The notes: a model not told the origin generated them from the sequence alone. Positions 37,014-48,446 are shown, counted from the stretch's first letter. The stretch is 64,000 nucleotides of DNA from Candidatus Proximibacter danicus (GCA_016710885.1 JADJUC010000002.1:181972-245971), one strand, 5' to 3'. A program made the numbers and translations.

Positions 37014-37959
37014 ATGGAATTCTTCCGCATCAGAAAAGATATCCCCTTCATGCGCCATGCGCTGGTGTTCAACGTCATTTCGTTGATCACCTTCCTCGCG
37101 GCCGTATTTTTCCTCTCCACGCGCGGCTTGCATCTATCCGTCGAATTCACCGGCGGCACCGTCGTCGAAGTCAGCTACCAGCAGGCCGCCGACCTCGAGA
37201 AGATTCGTGGCGCATTGGGCAAGGCCGGCCACAGCGACTTTGCCGTGCAGAATTTCGGCTCCTCGCGTGACGTGATGATTCGCCTGCCGCTGAAGACAGA
37301 ACAGAACGCTGCACGCGTCGGCGAGTCGGTCATGGCTGCGCTGAACGACGACGCCCCGGGCGCCACGCTCTCGCGCGTCGAGTTCGTCGGCCCGCAGGTC
37401 GGCAAGGAACTGGCTGAAAACGGTGCGATGGCGCTGTTGCTGGTGGTCATCGGCATCATGCTCTATCTGGCCATGCGCTTCGAGTGGCGCTTCTCGGTAT
37501 CGGCAATCATTGCCAACCTGCACGACGTGATCATCATCCTTGGCTTCTTCGCCTTCTTCCAGTGGGAATTCTCGCTTTCCGTGCTGGCCGCGACGCTCGC
37601 CGTTCTCGGCTATTCGGTGGAACGAATCGGTCGTCGTCTTCGATCGCGTCCGGGAAACCTTCAGAAAGGTGCGCGGGCTGACCACGCCGCAGGTCCTCGA
37701 CCACGCCATTACCAGCACCATTTCGCGCACGATCATCACCCATGGATCAACGCAGATCATGGTGCTGTCGATGCTCATCTTTGGCGGCGAAACGCTCTAC
37801 TATTTTTCGCTGGCGCTGACCATCGGCATCTGCTTCGGCATCTACTCCTCGGTGCTGGTCGCCGCGCCGCTGGTAATGTGGCTCGGAGTTTCGCGCGAAC
37901 AGTTTGTCAAACCGAAGAAACAGGTCGAAGGGGCCAACGACGACGGGGCCGTCGTCTGA
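37014..37959 (+). pseudogene. secF: protein translocase subunit SecF, interrupted by a +1 frameshift as sequenced
   Basis: Frame 0 reads ...LAVLGYSV. After one extra G (37619-37620), frame 1 reads NESVVVFDRVRETFRK...GICFGIYSSVLVAAPLV (ORF 37540..37959). Confidence 0.9.
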
Positions 37960-38054
37960 GTGCCTGAAATTTTGGTGACAAGCCCGATGCTTGTCGAAGA
38001 AAGGCGGCGGCGGGCACATTCCCACCCTCGCCTTTTTGCTTTTGGAGATACCGC

Positions 38055-38744
38055 ATGAGCCTGCAGAAAATTCGCATCTGGGATCTGCCAACCCGGGTTT
38101 TCCATTGGTCTCTGGTTGTTCTCGTTGTTGCCCTGATCGTTTCCGGAAAGATCGGCGGCAACTTCATGGACTGGCATGGAAAATTCGGCCTGGCTGTTGT
38201 TGGCCTCCTCTGTTTCCGCCTCGTCTGGGGCGTACTCGGTTCGACCTATGCCCGCTTCGCAAGCTTCTTTCCCACTCCGGCCAGACTGCGCGCCTACCTG
38301 CGCGGTGAATGGAAAGAACCGGGGCACAACCCGCTCGGCGCACTCTCGGTATTCGCACTCCTCGGTCTGCTTGGCCTTCAGGTCGCGACGGGGCTCGCCA
38401 GCAACGATGACATTGCCTTTCGCGGACCACTCTTTGAACTCGCGGGCAAGGCACTTTCGGACCGCCTCACCGGCATTCACAAGCTGTCGATCAACGTTCT
38501 GTTCGCACTGATCGTGCTGCACATTGCCGCCATTCTTTTCTACGTCCACGTCCGCAAGGACAATCTGTTCAAGCCGATGATCACCGGCTGGAAACAGCTT
38601 CCACAAGCTCGCCCAGCCAGTGGGGGCGGCATCACCGCATTCGTCATCGCTCTGACCCTCGCAGCAGCGGCCGTCCATGGCGCCTCCGGCGCCTGGCTGC
38701 CACCACCGCCTCCCCCGGCCACCATACAGACCCCGGCCTGGTAA
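38055..38744 (+). CDS. cytochrome b (Ni/Fe-hydrogenase b-type / b561-like family)
   Basis: IRIWDLPTRVFHWSLVVLVV...GHNPLGALSV...NVLFALIVLHIAAILFY. Four TM helices with conserved His residues. Confidence 0.8.
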   Translation: MSLQKIRIWDLPTRVFHWSLVVLVVALIVSGKIGGNFMDWHGKFGLAVVGLLCFRLVWGVLGSTYARFASFFPTPARLRAYLRGEWKEPGHNPLGALSVFALLGLLGLQVATGLASNDDIAFRGPLFELAGKALSDRLTGIHKLSINVLFALIVLHIAAILFYVHVRKDNLFKPMITGWKQLPQARPASGGGITAFVIALTLAAAAVHGASGAWLPPPPPPATIQTPAW

Positions 38745-38834
38745 GGCCGGCGAACGGGTAGCACCAGGGCGAATTGCACGACACGAAAGACTGGCCTATG
38801 CTGGCGCTTCCCTCACGCCTGTGGCCCGGTTGCG

Positions 38835-41062
38835 ATGAATAGCGAAGATGAGCTGCTGAAATTCATTGACGAGCGCGAGTCTACGCTTCAGACCTCGGTG
38901 ATCCAGACACGCCGGATACTGATCGTCGACGATGATGAAGACGTTCATCAGGCCACCACCTTTGCCTTGCAGGACCTGGAAATTCTCCATCACCCACTGG
39001 AGTTTTTGCACGCCTATTCGGCAGCTCAGGCGGAAGCGATCCTGCTGAACGAGAACGATATCGCTGTCATCCTGCTCGATGTGGTCATGGAGAGTGAGGA
39101 TGCCGGCCTGCGTCTGGTCGAACGGATACGCAGAGATTTTGGTCAAAGCAACCCTCGCATCATCCTGCGCACCGGCCAGCCCGGCTACGCCCGGAACTCT
39201 CGGCGATCCGTGACTACGACATCAACGACTACAAAACCAAGGGCGAGCTGACACGAACGCGGCTCTACACCACAATCACCGCCGCCATCCGCTCCTACGA
39301 CCAGATACGCAAGCTGGACGCCAGCCGCAGAGGGCTGGAGCTCATCATCGCCGCAAGCGGCCGGCTGGTTGCGGAGAATGGCCTGCAAGCCTTTGCTGCC
39401 GGCATCATTACGCAGATTGCCGCGCTGCTTGGCGTCGGCGCCGAAGGCCTCGTCTGCGCTCAGGAACTGCCGACAGAAGATGGCAGCAAGGCGGGCGGAC
39501 TGCCGACGATCATCGTGGTCGCTGCCGCAGGCCGTTTTGCCGACCTGATACAGCGACACCTTGACGACATCGATAGCGAGCGTGTGCGTGGCGCGATCAC
39601 CCGCTGCCTGGCGCAAAAGCAGAACCTGATCGAGGAAGAAACGGTTGCACTTTTTTTCCCCGCACGCAGCGGCAACCATTTCGCAGCATTCATCGACTCC
39701 CCTGCAATACTTTCCGAAATCGACCGACACCTGCTGCAGGTTTTCTGTTCGAACATCGCCGTTTGCGCAGAGAACACCCGGCTACTCAGCCGCCTGCATG
39801 ACCAGGCCTACCTCGACCGACTGGTCAAGCTGCCGACACGCACGGCATTCATCGAAGCCATCGATCAGCACCTGGCAACCGGCACCACTAGCGGCTACAC
39901 GGTGGGATTGATCGACATCGACCAGTTTTCCGAAACCAACGAAGCCTTTGGCCACGGCTATGGCGATGCAGTTTTGCGCGGCATTGCCCACCGTCTCGAT
40001 GAGGCGCTCGGTGAAAGTTGCCGGATCGCCCGCATTGCCGGTGACACCTTTGGCATCCTCGGCCTCTCGTGGGCGGTTCGCCCGGAAAAACTGCGCCCCC
40101 TGTTCACGATTCCGCTGCTGATCGACGACGATGTCCGCCACCAACTTTCCGTCAGCATGGGGTTCGCCCACCTCGGCGATGTGCAAAGCGGCAACGACGC
40201 CGTCAAGAATGCTTATCTGGCCGTCAAACTGGCGCGCACCCAGGGGCCTGGACACGATGCCGTCTACACGGAGGAAATCGGCCAGGAAACGCGGGCACGT
40301 ACGCATCTGCTGCACAGCCTGCACGCGGCCTTCGAGCACGAGCGCCTGTTCGTTGCCTACCAGCCGCAGATCGACCTCGAAACACGGAAGCCGCTTGGCT
40401 TCGAGGCCTTGATGCGCTGGCGCGATGAAAAGGGGGAATTCATTCCGCCCGACCGTTTCATCCCGCTGGCCGAACAATCGGGCCTGATCAACGGCATGGG
40501 CCGCTGGGTCCTGCGCTCGGCACTGCGCACGCTACGGCGAATACACGATGCTGGCTGGAGCGATTTGCGCATGGCAATCAACGTCTCCGTCGTGCAGTTC
40601 CAGTCCGGTGATTTTGTCGGCGATGTCGCACTGGCGATTGGGGAGAGTGGCCTCCCCGCGCTGGTCGAGCTGGAAATTACCGAATCGGTGGCCATGACGA
40701 GCGCCGCCGATGTAGAAGCAAAACTGCACGCCCTCAAAGCCCTGGGGGTCACCATCGCCATCGACGACTTCGGCACCGGCTTCTCGTCACTCTCCTATCT
40801 CGACCGGCTGCCGATCGACCGCTTGAAGATCGACCGCTCATTCGTCAACAACATCGGCAACGGCGCCGAGGGCGCGCGGATTGCCGAAATGATCATCGGG
40901 CTTGGCCACAAACTCGACCTGACCATCATCGCTGAAGGCGTCGAGAACGAGGAGCAACTTCTGCTGCTCTCCGGGCTGGGTTGTCACGAAGCACAGGGCT
41001 TCCTGTTTGCCAAACCACTCGCCGCTGACACGCTAGGGCAGTGGTTGCACGACAATTCCTGA
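38835..41062 (+). pseudogene. REC - DUF3369-like - degenerate GGDEF - EAL protein, interrupted by a -1 frameshift as sequenced
   Basis: The REC domain (ILIVDDDEDV...LLDVVMESEDG) ends out of frame at QPGYA. Restoring one C in the run 39190-39192 gives PELSAIRDYDINDYKTKGELTR and continues into ORF 39515..41062. The GGDEF site reads AGDTF; the EAL site EALMRW is intact. Confidence 0.85.
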
Positions 41063-41075
41063 ACCCCATCAGAAA

Positions 41076-41106
41076 TAAAAAAACCGGGGGAAACCCCCGG
41101 TTTTTG
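41076..41106. terminator. bidirectional rho-independent terminator
   Basis: AAAAAAA-CCGGGGG-AAA-CCCCCGG-TTTTT between convergent genes. Confidence 0.8.
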
Positions 41107-41129
41107 AAATCCATTGAAAGGCCCCAGGC

Positions 41130-41603
41130 TCAGTCCTTGCGGAACTTGTCGTGGCAGGCCTTGCAAGTCTCGCCGGTCTTGCCGAACTGGGCCTTGATCG
41201 CGGCAGCATCACCGGACTCAGCGACCTTGGCCAACTCATTTGCTTCCTTGTTGAAGGCCATCGCCAATTTGCCGACTTCTTCCTTCTGCTGGAAAAACTC
41301 CGGTTTGACACGGGTCTTTTCGCCATTTACGTCCTTGTCGGTCCCTGGCGCGTAGAGCGCCCCCATACCGGAATTGGCGGTAGCGGCAATCAGGCGCGCG
41401 GCAGCCAGCACCTGGTCCTTGTTGTAGCTCTGCGGCGCATCAACCACTTGCACCTTGATCTTGCCCATGTTCCACGACATGAAGCTATAGCCGGCCTTGC
41501 GGAACTTGATCATTTCCTCCGGCTTCAGCGCTTGCTGGGAAAATGCGGCGCCGGTAACGGCAGCAAGGGTGAGTGCGGCGGCGATTTTCGTTCTGATTTT
41601 CAT
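41130..41603 (-). CDS. cytochrome c' (class II c-type cytochrome)
   Basis: Signal peptide MKIRTKIAAALTLAAVTGAAFS, a four-helix pattern and the C-terminal heme motif CKACHDKFR. Confidence 0.85.
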   Translation of the reverse strand: MKIRTKIAAALTLAAVTGAAFSQQALKPEEMIKFRKAGYSFMSWNMGKIKVQVVDAPQSYNKDQVLAAARLIAATANSGMGALYAPGTDKDVNGEKTRVKPEFFQQKEEVGKLAMAFNKEANELAKVAESGDAAAIKAQFGKTGETCKACHDKFRKD

Positions 41604-41803
41604 GGTTTTCACTCCGTTGTGATTGGGGTTGAGGTTGGAATTCATCGGGGCAAAACTTTTCCGCGGAAATTATTTTATCGGGAAATAAAGGGTGCCACGC
41701 AAACAATATCACCAAACGCTGATATACATGAAATTGATCCAACTCATATCGATCCGCTTGCTCAGCCATTAGGATCAACGGCTTACCGCCTCTGGGAGAA
41801 TGC

Positions 41804-43111
41804 ATGCCGGCAGCCTGTCCCCAGCCTATTGAGCCAATCGAACGCGCCAGCCGCGATGAAATTGCCGCATTGCAGACCCGCCGCCTCAAGCAGACGCTGG
41901 CCCATGCCTACGCCAATGTCGCCACTACCCGCAAAAAGTTCGACGCCGCCGGGGTGCACCCCGACGACCTGAAAACGCTCGACGACCTCGCCAGATTTCC
42001 CTTTACCACCAAGCAGGATCTGCGCGACAACTACCCCTACGGGATGTTTGCGGTGCCCATGCGCGACATTGTGCGCATCCACGCCTCCAGCGGCACCACC
42101 GGCAAGCAAACGGTGGTCGGCTATACCAAAAACGACATCGACATGTGGGCCGGCATCATGGCCCGCTCGCTGTGTGCGGCAGGCGCCGGGCCGGATGACA
42201 TCGTCCAGGTCGCCCACGCCTACGGCCTGTTCACCGGCGGTTTCGGCGTGCATTACGGTGCCGAGCGCCTCGGCTGTACGGTGATCCCGATGGGCGGCGG
42301 CCAGACCGCCAAGCAGGTGCAACTGATCCGCGACTTCAAGCCGACGATGATCGTCGCCACCCCCTCCTACGCACTGAATATCGCCGACGAATTCGTTCGC
42401 CAGGGCATCGACCCGGCATCAAGCAGCCTGCGTATCGGCTGCTTCGGCGCCGAGCCGTGGAGCGAAGGCATGCGCAGCGAAATTCAGACGCGGCTGGGCA
42501 TCGACGCCATGGATCTCTACGGCCTGTCGGAAGTAATCGGCCCGGGCGTCGCCTGCGAATGCATCGAGGCCAAGGATGGCCCGGTGATCTGGGAAGACCA
42601 TTTCTACCCGGAAATCATCGACCCGCAAACCGGCGCCCTGCTGCCCGACGGCGAAACCGGCGAACTGGTGTTCACCTCGCTGACCAAGGAAGCGCTGCCG
42701 ATCATCCGCTACCGCACGCGTGACCTGGCCCGCCTGCTGCCACCGACAGCGCGCTCCTTCCGCCGCATGAGCAAGGTCACCGGCCGTTCCGACGACATGC
42801 TGATCATTCGCGGCGTTAACGTCTTCCCCGGCCACATCGAGGAGTTGATCCTCAAGCAGCCGCAGCTGTCCGGCCACTACCTGCTGGAGGTTTTCCGTGA
42901 AGGACCGCTTGACCAGATGGAAGTGCTGGCCGAAGTAAAACCCGAGTTTGCGCACGCCAGCAGCGAGGTAAAAGCCGGCACGGCACGCGATCTGCAGCAT
43001 GAAATCAAGGGGTGGCTGGGCGTCACCACGCGCGTGAGACTGCTCGACCCAGGGCATTTGCCACGGCCGGAGGGGAAGGCAAAGCGGGTAATTGACAAGC
43101 GGAAACCTTAA
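41804..43111 (+). CDS. paaK: phenylacetate-CoA ligase
   Basis: RFPFTTKQDLRDNYPYGMFAVP...IHASSGTTGK...RYRTRDL. Confidence 0.9.
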   Translation: MPAACPQPIEPIERASRDEIAALQTRRLKQTLAHAYANVATTRKKFDAAGVHPDDLKTLDDLARFPFTTKQDLRDNYPYGMFAVPMRDIVRIHASSGTTGKQTVVGYTKNDIDMWAGIMARSLCAAGAGPDDIVQVAHAYGLFTGGFGVHYGAERLGCTVIPMGGGQTAKQVQLIRDFKPTMIVATPSYALNIADEFVRQGIDPASSSLRIGCFGAEPWSEGMRSEIQTRLGIDAMDLYGLSEVIGPGVACECIEAKDGPVIWEDHFYPEIIDPQTGALLPDGETGELVFTSLTKEALPIIRYRTRDLARLLPPTARSFRRMSKVTGRSDDMLIIRGVNVFPGHIEELILKQPQLSGHYLLEVFREGPLDQMEVLAEVKPEFAHASSEVKAGTARDLQHEIKGWLGVTTRVRLLDPGHLPRPEGKAKRVIDKRKP

Positions 43112-43218
43112 CGTCAGCGACAAAAACCCGAACGAGTTGTTGGTGACCTGAAGGTAAGTACCGAGAAGGCTGACCGTTATCCGCATTTGCCCCGTTCGCC
43201 GAGGGTGGCACCACAATT

Positions 43219-43245
43219 GAAAAGCCGGGGCATGCCCCGGCTTTT
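43219..43245. terminator. bidirectional rho-independent terminator
   Basis: AAAAGCCGGGG-CATG-CCCCGGCTTTT. Confidence 0.8.
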
Positions 43246-43268
43246 CATTGGTGCAAAGCGACCGCAGC

Positions 43269-45509
43269 TCAAGCCGTGCGGGCAGCTTTCAGTGTGGCAT
43301 TCAGCGTTGCACTCGGACGCATGACGGCCTTGCATTTCTCAGACTCGGCCAGGTAGTAACCGCCAATATCGGCCGGTTTACCCTGCACAGCGCTGAGTTC
43401 GGCAATGATTTTCTGCTCGTTCTCGGCGAGGGCTTTGGCCAGCGGCGCGAAGTGCGCGGACAGCGCCTTGTCTTCGCTCTGCGCCGCGAGTTCCTGCGCC
43501 CAGTAGGTGGCGAGATAGAACTGCGAGCCACGGTTGTCGAGTTGGCCGGTCTTCGGCGACGGCGATTTGTTATTGTCGAGCAGTTTGCCAGTGGCGGCAT
43601 CCAGCGTCTTGGCCAGCAGCTTGGCCTGGGCGTTGTTTTCCTTGATGCCCAGCTCTTCCAGCGACACGGCCAGGGCCAGGAACTCGCCGAGCGAATCCCA
43701 GCGCAGGTGGTTTTCCTGAACGAGCTGCTGCACGTGCTTCGGTGCCGAACCGCCGGCGCCGGTTTCGTACATGCCGCCGCCGTTCATCAGCGGCACGATC
43801 GACAGCATCTTGGCCGAGGTGCCGAGTTCCATGATCGGGAACAGGTCGGTCAGATAGTCGCGCAGGATGTTGCCGGTGACCGAGATGGTGTCGAGACCGC
43901 GGATCACGCGCTCGAGCGTGAAGCGCATGGCGCGCACCTGCGACATGATCTGGATGTCGAGGCCAGTGGTGTCGTGATCCTTCAGGTAGACCTTCACCTT
44001 CTTGATCAGCTCGTTCTCGTGCGGACGGTAGGGGTCAAGCCAGAACACCGCCGGCATGCCGGAGTTGCGCGCGCGGGTCACGGCCAGCTTGACCCAGTCG
44101 CGGATCGGCGCGTCCTTGACCTGGCACATGCGCCAGATGTCGCCGGCTTCGACGTTCTGCGTCAGCAGCACTTCGCCGGTGGCGAGGTCGACGATGTTGG
44201 CGACGCCGTCCTCGGCGATCTCGAAGGTCTTGTCATGCGAGCCGTATTCTTCGGCCTGCTGGGCCATCAGGCCGACGTTGGGCACCGTGCCCATGGTCGC
44301 CGGATCAAAGTTGCCGTTCCATTTGCAGAAGTTGATCATCTCCTGGTAGATGCGGGCGAAGGTCGATTCCGGCATGACGCACTTGCTGTCGTACTGCTTG
44401 CCGTCGGCGCCCCACATCTTGCCGCCCTGGCGGATCATGGCCGGCATCGAGGCGTCGACGATGATGTCGTTCGGCGAATGGAAGTTGGTGATGCCCTTGG
44501 CCGAGTCGACCATGGCCAGACGCGGACGGTGTTCCTGGCAGGCGTGCAGGTCGCGGATGATCTCGTCGCGCTTCGACTCCGGCAGTGTGGCAAGCTTGTC
44601 GTACAGGTTGGCCATACCGTTGTTGACGTTGACGCCGATTTCGTCGAACAGCTTGGCGTGCTTCTCGAAAGCATCCTTGTAGTAGATTTTGACGCAGTGG
44701 CCGAAGACGATGGGGTGCGAGACCTTCATCATCGTTGCCTTGACGTGCAGCGAGAACAGGATGCCGGACTCGCGGCAGTCTTCCAGTTCCTTCTCGTAGA
44801 ACTCGCACAGCGCCTTCTTGCTCATGAACATCGAGTCGATGATCTCGCCGGCGAGCAGCGAAACCTTCGGCTTCAAGACAACGGTCTTGCCGCTCTTGGT
44901 GACCAGCTCCATCTTCACGTCGCGCGCCTTGTCCAGCGTCATCGACTTTTCGCCGTGGTAGAAGTCGCCATGGTGCATGTGCGAAACGTGCGACTGCGAC
45001 CATTGCTTCCACTCGCCCATCGAATGCGGACGCTTCTTCGCAGCATTTTTGACGGCGGCCGGCGCGCGGCGATCGGAGTTGCCTTCGCGCAGCACCGGGT
45101 TGACAGAGCTGCCGATGCATTTGGCGTAGCGTGCCTTGATCGCCTTGTCTTCGTCGCTGGTCGGGTTTTCCGGATAGTCGGGAATCGCATAGCCCTTGGC
45201 CTGCAGTTCCTTGACGCAGGCTTTCAGCTGGCTGACGGAGGCGCTGATGTTCGGCAGCTTGATGATGTTGGTGTCCGGCAGCAGGCACTTCTTGCCCAGT
45301 TCGCCGAGAGTGTTCGGCACTTTTTGCGCTTCTGGCAGACAATCGGAAAATTCGGCCAGCACACGAGCAGATACGGAAATGTCGGCCGTTTCGATTTCAA
45401 TGCCAGCAGGGGAAGTAAAGGTCCGGATGATCGGCAAAAAAGCACAAGTCGCCAGTAGCGGCGCCTCGTCCGTTAGCGTGTAGATGATCTTCGACTTACC
45501 TGCAGCCAT
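43269..45509 (-). CDS. icd: NADP-dependent isocitrate dehydrogenase, monomeric type
   Basis: 746 aa; [31 protein letters not shown]... matches the monomeric IDH family in length and N-terminus. Confidence 0.9.
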   Translation of the reverse strand: MAAGKSKIIYTLTDEAPLLATCAFLPIIRTFTSPAGIEIETADISVSARVLAEFSDCLPEAQKVPNTLGELGKKCLLPDTNIIKLPNISASVSQLKACVKELQAKGYAIPDYPENPTSDEDKAIKARYAKCIGSSVNPVLREGNSDRRAPAAVKNAAKKRPHSMGEWKQWSQSHVSHMHHGDFYHGEKSMTLDKARDVKMELVTKSGKTVVLKPKVSLLAGEIIDSMFMSKKALCEFYEKELEDCRESGILFSLHVKATMMKVSHPIVFGHCVKIYYKDAFEKHAKLFDEIGVNVNNGMANLYDKLATLPESKRDEIIRDLHACQEHRPRLAMVDSAKGITNFHSPNDIIVDASMPAMIRQGGKMWGADGKQYDSKCVMPESTFARIYQEMINFCKWNGNFDPATMGTVPNVGLMAQQAEEYGSHDKTFEIAEDGVANIVDLATGEVLLTQNVEAGDIWRMCQVKDAPIRDWVKLAVTRARNSGMPAVFWLDPYRPHENELIKKVKVYLKDHDTTGLDIQIMSQVRAMRFTLERVIRGLDTISVTGNILRDYLTDLFPIMELGTSAKMLSIVPLMNGGGMYETGAGGSAPKHVQQLVQENHLRWDSLGEFLALAVSLEELGIKENNAQAKLLAKTLDAATGKLLDNNKSPSPKTGQLDNRGSQFYLATYWAQELAAQSEDKALSAHFAPLAKALAENEQKIIAELSAVQGKPADIGGYYLAESEKCKAVMRPSATLNATLKAARTA

Positions 45510-45632
45510 GCTACCCCCTCAATTAGGATTGGTTGATGCGGAAAGAAGCGTGATTTTACACCTCTCACGCTTTCATCAGGCTTACTCGTTAAAACACCGA
45601 GGGCATGCGCTGACTAGTGCCGAGGCGCTTCC

Positions 45633-45670
45633 AAAAACAAAAAACCCGCCAGAGCAGGACTCGGGCGGGT
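45633..45670 (-). terminator. terminator after rpmG
   Basis: Minus strand reads ACCCGCC-(13 nt)-GGCGGGT followed by TTTTGTTTTT. Confidence 0.6.
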
Positions 45671-45704
45671 TCTTTCGAACGTGGGAACGTTTGATAAGGC
45701 TGAA

Positions 45705-45860
45705 TTACTTCAGCTTGGTTTCCTTGTAAGCCACATGCTTGCGGACCTTGGGATCGTACTTCTTGATCTCCATCTTTTCCGGCATGGTCTTCTTGTTCTT
45801 GGTCGTGGTGTAGAAGTGACCGGTACCAGCGGTCGACTCGAGCTTGATCTTTTCGCGCAT
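45705..45860 (-). CDS. rpmG: 50S ribosomal protein L33
   Basis: Manual translation gives [51 protein letters not shown] (51 aa). No ORF covering it appears in the supplied track. Confidence 0.95.
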   Translation of the reverse strand: MREKIKLESTAGTGHFYTTTKNKKTMPEKMEIKKYDPKVRKHVAYKETKLK

Positions 45861-45879
45861 GATTCAGTGTTCCTATCTA

Positions 45880-46113
45880 TCAGACTTCGCCGCGGGCGCG
45901 CAGATCAACCAGCACCTCGTCGATGCCATTTTTGTCGATGAGGCGCAGACCGGCGTTCGAGACGCGGAGGCGCACGAAACGGTTTTCGCTTTCGACCCAG
46001 AAACGGCGGTAATGCAGGTTCGGCAGGAAGCGACGCTTCGTTCTGTTATTGGCGTGGGAAACCTTGTTCCCAACCATCGGGGCCTTGCCCGTCACTTGGC
46101 ATACTCGCGCCAT
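45880..46113 (-). CDS. rpmB: 50S ribosomal protein L28
   Basis: [36 protein letters not shown] at 46113. Confidence 0.95.
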   Translation of the reverse strand: MARVCQVTGKAPMVGNKVSHANNRTKRRFLPNLHYRRFWVESENRFVRLRVSNAGLRLIDKNGIDEVLVDLRARGEV

Positions 46114-46223
46114 GGTTGTTGCTCCGTTAGTTAGTCTTGGATGGAAAGCCGGCGATTTTAACGCAGGTTTCCTGTTAAACATCAAGCTCTTTTAGGCTTT
46201 TTGTCTGCGCACCCCGGGATGCG

Positions 46224-48242
46224 CTATCGCTTTGCCGGCTCAGGGAGGCGATAGCGTTGTTCGCGGTAAAGCCATGCCGGCAGCAACGAATGCGCCAGAG
46301 CACGGCGCTCCACGGCTTCTGCATCAGCCGGTGCAGCACCAGACTCCAGCGCCTTCTTCAGCGGATCGTAATGGCCATGGGTCGGCGCCTTGCCAGGCCG
46401 CAACACCACGGTTTTCGTTCCCTCCATCCAGGCAAAGTTGTCGTTGTACTGCATCATCGCCCGGCCGGGCAGCCCATCGGGCTCCATGCTCAGGTCACGC
46501 CCCGGCATCGGATGTTGCGCATCCACCCCCATCAGCGACAGCAGCGTCGGCGGCAAATCGATCTGGCTGGCCACCGTGCTGATCTTGCGCGGCTTGATGT
46601 CGGCACCAAGGATCAGCCCCGGAATGTGGAAGTGTTCGATTGGCACCAGGCTCTTGCCGCGCACACGAATATCGTGATCGGCAACAACAACAAAGATCGT
46701 ATCCTGCCAGTAGGCACTCGCCTTGGCCTGCTCGATGAAACGCCCCAAGGCGTAATCGGTATATTTCACCGCATTGTTCTCGGTGGCCTTGGGCTCTTCA
46801 TGCAACTTGATACGGCCATCCGGAAATTCAAATGGTGAATGGTTGCTTGAGGTGAACACCAACGTATAGGAGGGCTTGCCAGCAGCGTGCTTGGCCTGCA
46901 GTCGTTCATGCGTCTTGTTGAACAGGTCTTCGTCGGAAACGCCCCAACTGCCCTCGAACACCGGCGAAACGTAGTCGCCCTTGTCGGTCACCCGCGAAAA
47001 CCCGTTGGCAAGGAAGAAGCCGCGCATGTTGTCGAAATGCCCTTCACCGCCGTAAATGAATTCCGATTCGTAACCCGCCCGACCGAGAATGCTGGCTAGC
47101 GTGGCAAAGTTGCGCTGCGCCAGCGCCAGTTTGACTACAGCCTGAGCCGGTGTCGGCATAAAGCCGGTAGTGACTGCTTCGATACCGCGCACCGAACGGG
47201 TACCGGTGGCGTAGAGCTGTTCGAACCACCAGCCTTCCTTTTTCAGCTTTTCCAGTTCTGGCGTCACCGAAACCCCGCCCAGTGACTCGACAAAGGTTGC
47301 CCCCAGGCTTTCCTCAAGAATGATCACCAGATTCAGCGGTCGTTCGCGCTTCACGCTTGCCTTCTGCTCGATCAGGGTAGGAATTTCCTTGTTGTCCAGC
47401 CATGGCCGCTTGTCGCCAAACGATTCGCGCATCGCCTTGACTTCGCTCAGGATTTCATCCGTCTTCATCTGGCCATAGATTTCGCTCGACCGGGCATCAT
47501 GGCGCATGCCGTAAACGGCATAGGTAACCGAGTAGGCCGAATTGAGCACCAGCGTATTCACCATCGGATCGCTGGTCAGTGCAAAAGTGGCAGGGTTGGC
47601 GGGGCGGTGATCCACGCTGGAACGCACCGCCAGCAATGCAACAAACAAGATAACCGGCCAGGTCAGCAGCACGCGCATCCAGCCCCAACGCGGCGCTATC
47701 GTCAGCCATGGCCAGACCAGTCGCATCGCCGCAAATACCGCGAGAGAGGTCACCAGCACGCCACCCACCAGATGAATGCGGAAGCCTGACCAGAGCATGG
47801 GCAGCACTTCACCCGGATATTTCAGATATTCGACATAGAGCCGGTTCGGGCGCGTGTCGTATTCACCAATGAAGGCGGGCGAAGAAACTTCAAGCAGAAC
47901 CAACAGCGCAAGTGCCAAAATCACCCACAAACCACTCAAACGACGCCACCAGCGCCACATCGGCCGCCACGCAAACAGCGGCACCAGCAACAACAGCGGC
48001 ACACTGAAAATGCCGATCTGCATCAGGTCATTGCGCACCCCCTGCAACAGGATTTCATGCCAGATACCGGTGGCGGCAACACGGTCGGCCTGCCACAGCA
48101 TCAAGGCGGCACGCGACAGGCTGAGCAGCGGCAGCCCGACCAGCAGCAGCATGACCAGCGGCGCATAAGGGCCACAGCAGGCAAGGCGCTGCCAGAGTTT
48201 TTCGAGGCGCCCGCTGGCGGGCTGGAAATCAGATTGGGGCAT
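46224..48242 (-). CDS. LTA-synthase/OpgB-like membrane sulfatase-family transferase
   Basis: Five N-terminal TM helices followed by an alkaline-phosphatase-superfamily domain (NLVIILEESLGATF, GTRSVRGIEAV, VVVADHD). Confidence 0.8.
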   Translation of the reverse strand: MPQSDFQPASGRLEKLWQRLACCGPYAPLVMLLLVGLPLLSLSRAALMLWQADRVAATGIWHEILLQGVRNDLMQIGIFSVPLLLLVPLFAWRPMWRWWRRLSGLWVILALALLVLLEVSSPAFIGEYDTRPNRLYVEYLKYPGEVLPMLWSGFRIHLVGGVLVTSLAVFAAMRLVWPWLTIAPRWGWMRVLLTWPVILFVALLAVRSSVDHRPANPATFALTSDPMVNTLVLNSAYSVTYAVYGMRHDARSSEIYGQMKTDEILSEVKAMRESFGDKRPWLDNKEIPTLIEQKASVKRERPLNLVIILEESLGATFVESLGGVSVTPELEKLKKEGWWFEQLYATGTRSVRGIEAVTTGFMPTPAQAVVKLALAQRNFATLASILGRAGYESEFIYGGEGHFDNMRGFFLANGFSRVTDKGDYVSPVFEGSWGVSDEDLFNKTHERLQAKHAAGKPSYTLVFTSSNHSPFEFPDGRIKLHEEPKATENNAVKYTDYALGRFIEQAKASAYWQDTIFVVVADHDIRVRGKSLVPIEHFHIPGLILGADIKPRKISTVASQIDLPPTLLSLMGVDAQHPMPGRDLSMEPDGLPGRAMMQYNDNFAWMEGTKTVVLRPGKAPTHGHYDPLKKALESGAAPADAEAVERRALAHSLLPAWLYREQRYRLPEPAKR

Positions 48243-48376
48243 GGGGCGATCTTCTTGTCAGTAAAAGGATTGGCTGCATCAGGAGCAGCCGCACTCTAGT
48301 GGCGCAATTTTAAACCAGCCTTAAGACCACACCACTGCAAATACATTCAATAGCAGCGCCGAATCACTCAGCTTCT

Positions 48377-48393
48377 CTTAAGTGGCGTTTAAG
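48377..48393 (+). promoter_or_regulatory. PmrA/BasR-type direct-repeat box
   Basis: CTTAAG-TGGCG-TTTAAG fits YTTAAK-N5-YTTAAK. It lies 54 nt upstream of the PAP2 ATG. Confidence 0.55.
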
Positions 48394-48446
48394 GTTCGAA
48401 AGCAACACTGCGGGCACTCAAGTCATCGCCGCTATCTGAGGCCCTC

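Noticed and set aside
41734-41747. TTGAT-CCAA-CTCAT upstream of cytochrome c' and paaK as an FNR/DNR box
   Set aside because: Only one good half-site is present (8/10, with a poor right arm), and the distance to the cytochrome c' start is large. The evidence is too weak to call.
43248-45458. 736-aa plus-strand ORF
   Set aside because: It is the antisense shadow of monomeric isocitrate dehydrogenase.
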